Of a stretch of DNA of 64,000 bases, positions 58,980 through 64,000 are shown piece after piece. The notes under the pieces were generated by a model. That model saw only the letters and a program-made list of their open reading frames with translations, was not told where the DNA came from and searched no databases. Position 1 is the first letter of the stretch. Every line of letters starts with the position of its first letter. The translations under genes and the position numbers were made by a program. This stretch comes from an uncultured Acetobacteraceae bacterium (GTDB lineage Bacteria > Pseudomonadota > Alphaproteobacteria > Acetobacterales > Acetobacteraceae). The stretch is taken from contig CAZTJC010000016.1 of the NCBI GenBank assembly GCA_964613945.1, forward strand, positions 26,283-90,282. The letters run 5' to 3'.

Positions 58980-60784
58980 CAGGCGTCCATCTTCAGGGCG
59001 GCGAGAAAGGCGCTTTGCGGGATCTCGACCTTGCCGAACTGGCGCATCCGCTTCTTGCCTTCCTTCTGCTTGTCCAACAGCTTGCGCTTGCGGCTGATGT
59101 CGCCGCCGTAGCACTTGGCGGTCACGTCCTTGGACAGCGCGCTGATGGTTTCGCGGGCGATGATGCGGCCGCCAATGCCAGCCTGGATGGCGATCTTGAA
59201 CAGCTGCTTCGGAATCAGCTCCTTCAGCTTGGCGCAGATGGAGCGACCGCGCTGCTCGGCGGCGCTGCGGTGGGCGATGAAGCTCAGCGCGTCGACCGGG
59301 TCGGCGTTGACCAGGATGGAGATGCGGACGAGGTCACTCTCCTCATAGCCGTCCATCGCGTAGTCGAAGCTGGCGTAGCCGCGGCTGACGCTCTTGAGGC
59401 GGTCGTAGAAGTCGAACACCACCTCGTTCAGCGGCAGCCGATAGACGGCCATGGCCCGGTTGCCGACATAGGTGAGGTCAGATTGCTGGCCGCGGCGCTC
59501 GCTGCACAGGGTCAGGATGCTGCCCAGATATTCGTCGGGGACCATGATGGTCGCCTTGATCCACGGCTCGTCAATGTGATCGATCTGGGTGGGGTCGGGC
59601 ATGTCGGCCGGGTTGTGAAGCTCCTCGACGGCGCCGCGGACCGTGTGGATTCGGTAAACCACGCTGGGAGCAGTGGCGATCAGGTCGAGGTTGAACTCGC
59701 GGGAGAGGCGTTCCTGGATGATCTCCAAGTGGAGGAGACCAAGGAAGCCGCAGCGATAGCCGAAGCCCAGGGCGGCGGAGGTCTCAGCCTCGAAGTGAAA
59801 GCTGGAATCGTTGAGGCGGAGCTTGGCGAGGCTGTCGCGCAGATGCTCGAAATCGTCGGCGTCGACGGGGAACAAGCCGCACCATACCACGGGAACACTC
59901 GGCTTGAAGCCGGCGAGGGCGACGGTCGCGGGTAGGCGGTCATCGGTGATGGTGTCGCCCACGTTGCAATCGGCGACCGTCTTCATGGCGGCGGTGATGT
60001 AGCCCATCTCGCCCGGGCCGAGATCGGCGACGGGGGTCATCTTCGGCGAGAAGACCCCGACCTGTTCGACCTGATAGGCGGCACCGGACGACATCATGCG
60101 GATGCGCTGGCCGCGCTTGAGCCGGCCGTCCCGCACGCGGATGAGGATGACAACGCCGAGATATTGGTCGTACCAGCTATCGACGAGCAGCGCGGTGAGC
60201 GGCGCGTCGGCGTCACCCTTGGGCGGGGGAAGCCGGGTCACCAGGGCTTCGAGGACGTCGGGGATGCCGATGCCGGTCTTGGCACTGATCATCACGGCGT
60301 CATCGGCCGGGATACCGATGACATCCTCTATCTGCTGCTTGACCCGGTCGGGCTCGGCCGCGGGAAGGTCGATCTTGTTCAGCACCGGCACGATCTCGTG
60401 CTTAGCGTCGATCGCCTGATAGACGTTGGCCAGCGTCTGCGCCTCGACACCCTGACTTGCGTCCACCACAAGGAGGCTACCTTCGCAGGCGGCCAGGCTG
60501 CGACTGACCTCGTAGGCGAAGTCGACGTGCCCGGGGGTGTCCATCAGGTTGAGCGTATAGATCAGCCCGTCCTTGGCCTTGTAGGACAGGCGGACGGTCT
60601 GCGCCTTGATGGTGATGCCGCGCTCTTTCTCGAGGTCCATGTTGTCGAGCACCTGGCTCGTCATCTCGCGCTCGGTGAGGCCGCCGCAGGACTGGATCAG
60701 CCGATCCGCAAGCGTGGACTTGCCGTGGTCGATATGCGCGATGATCGAGAAGTTCCGGATGCGGTCGAGCGGCGTGTCGGTCAT
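58979..60784 (-). CDS. lepA: elongation factor 4 (LepA)
   Basis: 601 aa. [33 protein letters not shown], and the conserved LepA C-terminal domain. Confidence 0.97.
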   Translation of the reverse strand: MTDTPLDRIRNFSIIAHIDHGKSTLADRLIQSCGGLTEREMTSQVLDNMDLEKERGITIKAQTVRLSYKAKDGLIYTLNLMDTPGHVDFAYEVSRSLAACEGSLLVVDASQGVEAQTLANVYQAIDAKHEIVPVLNKIDLPAAEPDRVKQQIEDVIGIPADDAVMISAKTGIGIPDVLEALVTRLPPPKGDADAPLTALLVDSWYDQYLGVVILIRVRDGRLKRGQRIRMMSSGAAYQVEQVGVFSPKMTPVADLGPGEMGYITAAMKTVADCNVGDTITDDRLPATVALAGFKPSVPVVWCGLFPVDADDFEHLRDSLAKLRLNDSSFHFEAETSAALGFGYRCGFLGLLHLEIIQERLSREFNLDLIATAPSVVYRIHTVRGAVEELHNPADMPDPTQIDHIDEPWIKATIMVPDEYLGSILTLCSERRGQQSDLTYVGNRAMAVYRLPLNEVVFDFYDRLKSVSRGYASFDYAMDGYEESDLVRISILVNADPVDALSFIAHRSAAEQRGRSICAKLKELIPKQLFKIAIQAGIGGRIIARETISALSKDVTAKCYGGDISRKRKLLDKQKEGKKRMRQFGKVEIPQSAFLAALKMDA

Positions 60785-60836
60785 GACGGTGATGTAAGCG
60801 CTTCCGTGCGGAAAGTCAGCCGTAGTGGATCATCGG

Positions 60837-61076
60837 TTAGGAGGGTCGCCCCGGCTTGGTGAGGCGATCGAACATGTCACGCATGACATCTGCACCAGCC
60901 GGCGCGAACGCGAACCAGGAGCGCAGCAGTGAGTCCGGCGAGAACCGATCCACGGCTTCGGTCATCTGGGATTCCAGCTTGCTCATCATGGCGTCCTGCA
61001 TGGGCTTCACATCGGGAAGCCCAAAAAACTGACGCGCTTCGTCAGGCGTGCACTCGACTTCGAACTTGACCTTCAT
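60837..61076 (-). CDS. small conserved hypothetical protein (about 79 aa)
   Basis: ATG at 61076 with GGGAGA 8 nt upstream (MKVKFEVECTPDEARQFFGLPDV...). I vaguely recall this as a DUF family common next to lepA in alphaproteobacteria; not verified. Confidence 0.6.
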   Translation of the reverse strand: MKVKFEVECTPDEARQFFGLPDVKPMQDAMMSKLESQMTEAVDRFSPDSLLRSWFAFAPAGADVMRDMFDRLTKPGRPS

Positions 61077-61437
61077 CGGACGATCTCCCACCGGCGAGTG
61101 CATCCTGACACGAATGACGCCGTTCGCCGATGGAAGATGCGTGGGTCTCAGTCGGTGCTGTGCCCGGCAGCCCAGGACGAAGCCGCGACGTTGTAGCGGG
61201 CAGCTTCACGTGCGAGGTCCGGCTCTTGATCGAAAAGGGTCGGGCCACTGAGGTCGTCGGGGCTGACAACCGTGTCATCTCGACGAAAAAGAGCGCGAAA
61301 ACGATTTAGCGCATCGATGTGTCGCATGTGTTGTGTCCTCTCGAGCGGCGAAGCCGCGGTTCGAACGAGGACGTGTCGCTCCCTGCTGCACTGCAACATA
61401 GGCAGGTAAAGTGTGAAGACAAGCGCCGTCGATACGC

Positions 61438-62727
61438 TTAGCTGCGTGCCGCGACGACCCGGCCCAACCGCGTGGTCGTCCAAAGAATAATCCCAGTGAC
61501 CGACAAGGTCGCCATCGTCAGCGCGACGCTTACTGCGCCGAAGGGCTCGAGCAACCGGGCGAGCAGCGCACTGGATGCAGACGCGGCGACGAGCTGGGCT
61601 AGACCGACGAGGGCCGCCGCCAACCCGGCCTGCTCGCGATGGCTGCTGATCGCGAGATAAACCAGGTTCGGCGAGATGATCCCGCGCACGAAGCAGCCGA
61701 TCAACAACGGCGGCAGCAACGGCCACGGACCCAGCGTCGGCAGGGCGAGTGCGGCCCCGACCAGACACACATTGGCGCCGGCTTGGATGAGCAACGCCGG
61801 CCAGACCAAGCCCCGGGAGTTGAAGCGACGCACCAAGCCGGCATTCATGAATGCTCCGGCGCTCAGGGCGGCGGCGGTGCTGGCGAACATGGCGGCGTAT
61901 ACGGTGCTGGAATAGCCGAGTTGCGAGACCACGACGGGCGCCCCGGCGATATAGGCAAAGATGGCGGCATAGCTGAGAGCATTGACCAGCGAAATGCGGC
62001 GGAAGCCGCTGTCGCGCAGCATCTGTCGGCTGGCTGCGAAGCCGAGCCCGGTAGTCTGGGGCCGGGCGGGCGGGCGGCGGGTTTCTGACAGGTGAAAGGT
62101 GACAACGGTGAGCAGGAGTGCACCGCCGATGGCCAGGGAGAGATGGACGCTGCGCCAGCCCGCCAGGACAATCAGGGCGGCGCCCAGGGCAGGGGCCAAC
62201 ATCGGCATGACGGTCAGCACGATGCTGACATAGGATTGCTTGCGCCGAGCCACTTCGCCGGTGAAGAGATCCTGCACCATCGCATAGGCCTGAACCGAGC
62301 AGGCGCCGGCGCCTGCGCCTTGAATCAATCTGAACGTTGCAAGCGCGCCACCCGAAGTTGCAAAACTGCAACACAGGCCGGCCAATATATAGACGATGAG
62401 CGCGCAGAGAAGCACGGGACGTCGGCCGAAACGGTCGGATGCCCGTCCGCCGACGAACTGGCCGATGCCGAAGCCGAGCACGAAGAGCGACAGCGTAAGT
62501 CCGGCGGCAAACACGGTCGTTTCGAGAGCGGAAGGTAAAATTGAAAGAGTTGGGGCACTTAGGTCGATCGACAGTGCTGGAAGCCCTGCAATTATTCCAA
62601 GTAGGATAGTGTATTGCAGGCTCGTCGGTGGGATCGGGCTCAATGAAATCTTCTTTAAAAGTATGAGCTTGTCGCTGATTGCGATGGTTATGGCATGAAA
62701 CGTTGACGTTTGCATGCGACGCGTCAT
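61438..62727 (-). CDS. MFS transporter (Bcr/CflA-type drug-resistance-like)
   Basis: 429 aa. MFS motif A GGRASDRFGRRPVLL and about 12 hydrophobic segments. The first ~35 codons are AT-rich, so the true start may be further in. Confidence 0.85.
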   Translation of the reverse strand: MTRRMQTSTFHAITIAISDKLILLKKISLSPIPPTSLQYTILLGIIAGLPALSIDLSAPTLSILPSALETTVFAAGLTLSLFVLGFGIGQFVGGRASDRFGRRPVLLCALIVYILAGLCCSFATSGGALATFRLIQGAGAGACSVQAYAMVQDLFTGEVARRKQSYVSIVLTVMPMLAPALGAALIVLAGWRSVHLSLAIGGALLLTVVTFHLSETRRPPARPQTTGLGFAASRQMLRDSGFRRISLVNALSYAAIFAYIAGAPVVVSQLGYSSTVYAAMFASTAAALSAGAFMNAGLVRRFNSRGLVWPALLIQAGANVCLVGAALALPTLGPWPLLPPLLIGCFVRGIISPNLVYLAISSHREQAGLAAALVGLAQLVAASASSALLARLLEPFGAVSVALTMATLSVTGIILWTTTRLGRVVAARS

Positions 62728-62787
62728 TTGTGGGATGATGGTGTATCAGTGCCGAACAAACAGCCTGAGGTTGTGGGACTAGCGACG

Positions 62788-64000
62788 ATGGATGGTGAGA
62801 TCGTGCATATCGAGCCGCGCTCGATTGTCGATGAGGCGCCCAAGATTCGGATTCGCCTGACGCTCATCGGAGATTTTCAGGCCGATAGTGCCGACGGTCA
62901 ATCGTTGCTCCCGGTCAGCCGCAAGGCACGTGCCTTGCTCTGCATCATCGGGATGGCTCGTCCGCAGGGGGCCCTCCGTGCGGTGGCGGGCGCGCTGCTA
63001 TGGTCGAGCAAACATCGCGAGGCGGTGGCCAATTCGCTGCGGCAAGCACTAGGGGAGTTGCAGCCGCTATTGGCAGTGTGTGGTCGGCCCTACCTGATCG
63101 CGACCAAGCGGGGCCGGCTGGTGCTGGACCCGGAATCCGTCTGGGTCGATGTGCTGGACATGACGCCGGCACAGGCCGCTGCCGTCGATCCCACTGACCC
63201 GGCCAATATGCTGTGTCGCGACTTACGCGGGATTTCGCCGACATTCGATGCATATCTCGATCGGTTGTGGGTCGAGATCGGGTATCGCCGGGCTCTGGCA
63301 CCGCCGCGGGGAACGCCTCTTGGCGTGGGGCGCGATGTTGGGCAGGGTGGCTATCCGATGAGCCGCCAGCCCAGTGGGATCCCCTCGAACCCCAACCGCC
63401 TGTTCGGACATCCATCGGTGAGTGGATTGAGTTTCGAGAAGCTCGACCGTTTTCCGCAGACGTTCTCGACCGTGGCCGGAATACCCGATCATCAACTCGG
63501 CTGGCGGATGGCGGTGCTGCCGTTCCGCAGCTTGGGCGCGCCTATCGGGCGCGGCATCGCACTCGGCATGGCCGAAGAGGTGTCGGCTGCTTTGGGACGA
63601 TTCCGGGCACCGCGTCTTGTTGCCACGGCGACCTTCTGGGACGGTGTCGGCCCGGCGTCGGACGCGATGAGCCGATGCAGGACTTATAATCTCGACTATA
63701 TCATCGATGGCACGATCCAGGTAATCGATACCAAAGTGCGCGTGACGGTGATGTTGCTGGACGTGGTACTAAACTTCGAGGTTATCTGGAGTCAGCGTTT
63801 CGAAGGCCTACTCGACGATCTGTTCACCTTACAGGACCGGATCGCCTCTGAGACTGTTGCGCAAGTCGATCCCGAGTTGCACCAGCGGAACCTCGCAATA
63901 TCTCGTCAGCCGAGCACGAGCACGGCCGAGGCGCATCGCGCTGTGCTGGAAGCAATCCACGGGATCTTCCGACTGGACGAGCCGACGTTCATGCGCGCAC
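62788..64000 (+). CDS. SARP/BTAD-like winged-helix transcriptional regulator with TolB-N-like domain; 3' end runs off the window
   Basis: Own translation; not in the ORF track because there is no stop for 404 codons. MDGEIVHIEPRSIVDEAPKIRIRLTLIGDFQADSADGQSLLPVSRKARALLCIIGMARPQGALRAVAGALLWSSKHREAVANSLRQALGEL. Later: WRMAVLPFRSLG...YIIDGTIQVIDTKVRVTVMLLDV. In-frame alternative starts: GTG 62749, GTG 62773. Confidence 0.7.
   Translation, partial: MDGEIVHIEPRSIVDEAPKIRIRLTLIGDFQADSADGQSLLPVSRKARALLCIIGMARPQGALRAVAGALLWSSKHREAVANSLRQALGELQPLLAVCGRPYLIATKRGRLVLDPESVWVDVLDMTPAQAAAVDPTDPANMLCRDLRGISPTFDAYLDRLWVEIGYRRALAPPRGTPLGVGRDVGQGGYPMSRQPSGIPSNPNRLFGHPSVSGLSFEKLDRFPQTFSTVAGIPDHQLGWRMAVLPFRSLGAPIGRGIALGMAEEVSAALGRFRAPRLVATATFWDGVGPASDAMSRCRTYNLDYIIDGTIQVIDTKVRVTVMLLDVVLNFEVIWSQRFEGLLDDLFTLQDRIASETVAQVDPELHQRNLAISRQPSTSTAEAHRAVLEAIHGIFRLDEPTFMRA

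Noticed and set aside
61148-62374. 408-aa minus-strand ORF. Only its last 59 codons (61148-61327, MRHIDALNRFRALFRRDD...) lie outside the MFS gene.
   Set aside because: Most of it overlaps the MFS transporter out of frame. The free 59-codon tail has mixed codon bias (about 61% G/C-ending by hand count) and no recognisable family. This is not enough support to call a gene.
1-64000. I looked for CRISPR arrays, IS elements or transposases, integrases, prophage genes, toxin-antitoxin pairs, restriction-modification systems and other defence systems.
   Set aside because: I found no regularly spaced direct repeats and no ORF with recognisable transposase, integrase, nuclease, methylase, ATPase-defence or phage structural features. 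Every sizeable ORF is accounted for by metabolic, transport, regulatory or housekeeping families.

Overview
High-GC bacterial chromosomal segment, about two-thirds G+C by eye. The protein look-and-feel (LepA, many LysR/ABC catabolic operons, Tat signals) suggests a proteobacterium, probably an alphaproteobacterium; this is a guess, not a search result. I call about 60 CDS, one tRNA-Ser(GGA), and a few hairpins and dyads. Many ORF-track entries are antisense or out-of-frame shadow ORFs typical of high-GC DNA. Several long entries carry false N-terminal extensions, which I trimmed to starts that abut or overlap the upstream stop codon (ATGA/GTGA/TGATG junctions).

Layout:
- 0-2.8 kb: acyl-CoA ligase (partial), thiolase, two small proteins.
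- 2.9-7.2 kb: RND efflux pair.
- 8.1-58 kb: a run of accessory catabolic operons (A to E below).
- 58-61 kb: cupin, tRNA-Ser, lipoprotein, lepA.
- 61.4-64 kb: MFS exporter and a divergent lower-GC SARP/BTAD-like regulator (partial).

Accessory operons:
- (A) 8.1-19.4 kb, minus strand, nine genes. ALDH, HAD, omega-transaminase, a Dpp-type ABC importer, then an APH-fold kinase and an AGXT2L-like PLP enzyme. Divergent LysR.
- (B) 20.5-32.4 kb. FAD oxidases, GNAT, DSD1-type PLP enzyme, ornithine-cyclodeaminase-family protein, PdxA-family dehydrogenase, a TIM-like/cupin fusion, and a polar-amino-acid ABC system without an ATPase.
- (C) 32.5-44.5 kb. AroM-LuxR fusion regulator, a 1260-aa fused HyuA-HyuB hydantoinase/oxoprolinase, OPT transporter, AllA, PuuE, a second ATPase-less ABC system, two SDRs.
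- (D) 46.6-56.8 kb, minus strand. D-carbamoylase, three paralogous binding proteins with one permease and one ATPase, a PuuE-like CE4 protein, a hydantoin-type racemase, a TRZ/ATZ amidohydrolase, an alpha/beta hydrolase, an LLM monooxygenase. Divergent LysR.
- (E) 44.6-46.3 kb. Tat-exported Gfo/Idh/MocA oxidoreductase plus a DUF606 membrane protein.

I saw no CRISPR array, transposase, integrase, phage, toxin-antitoxin or recognisable defence genes. The most unusual items are all metabolic or regulatory and all hypotheses:
- a hydantoin racemase plus D-carbamoylase locus with no canonical hydantoinase but a PuuE-like CE4 protein;
- an AroM-LuxR one-component regulator next to a eukaryote-style fused oxoprolinase/hydantoinase coupled to an OPT transporter;
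- a kinase/phospho-lyase-like pair;
- a PdxA-linked TIM/cupin fusion.
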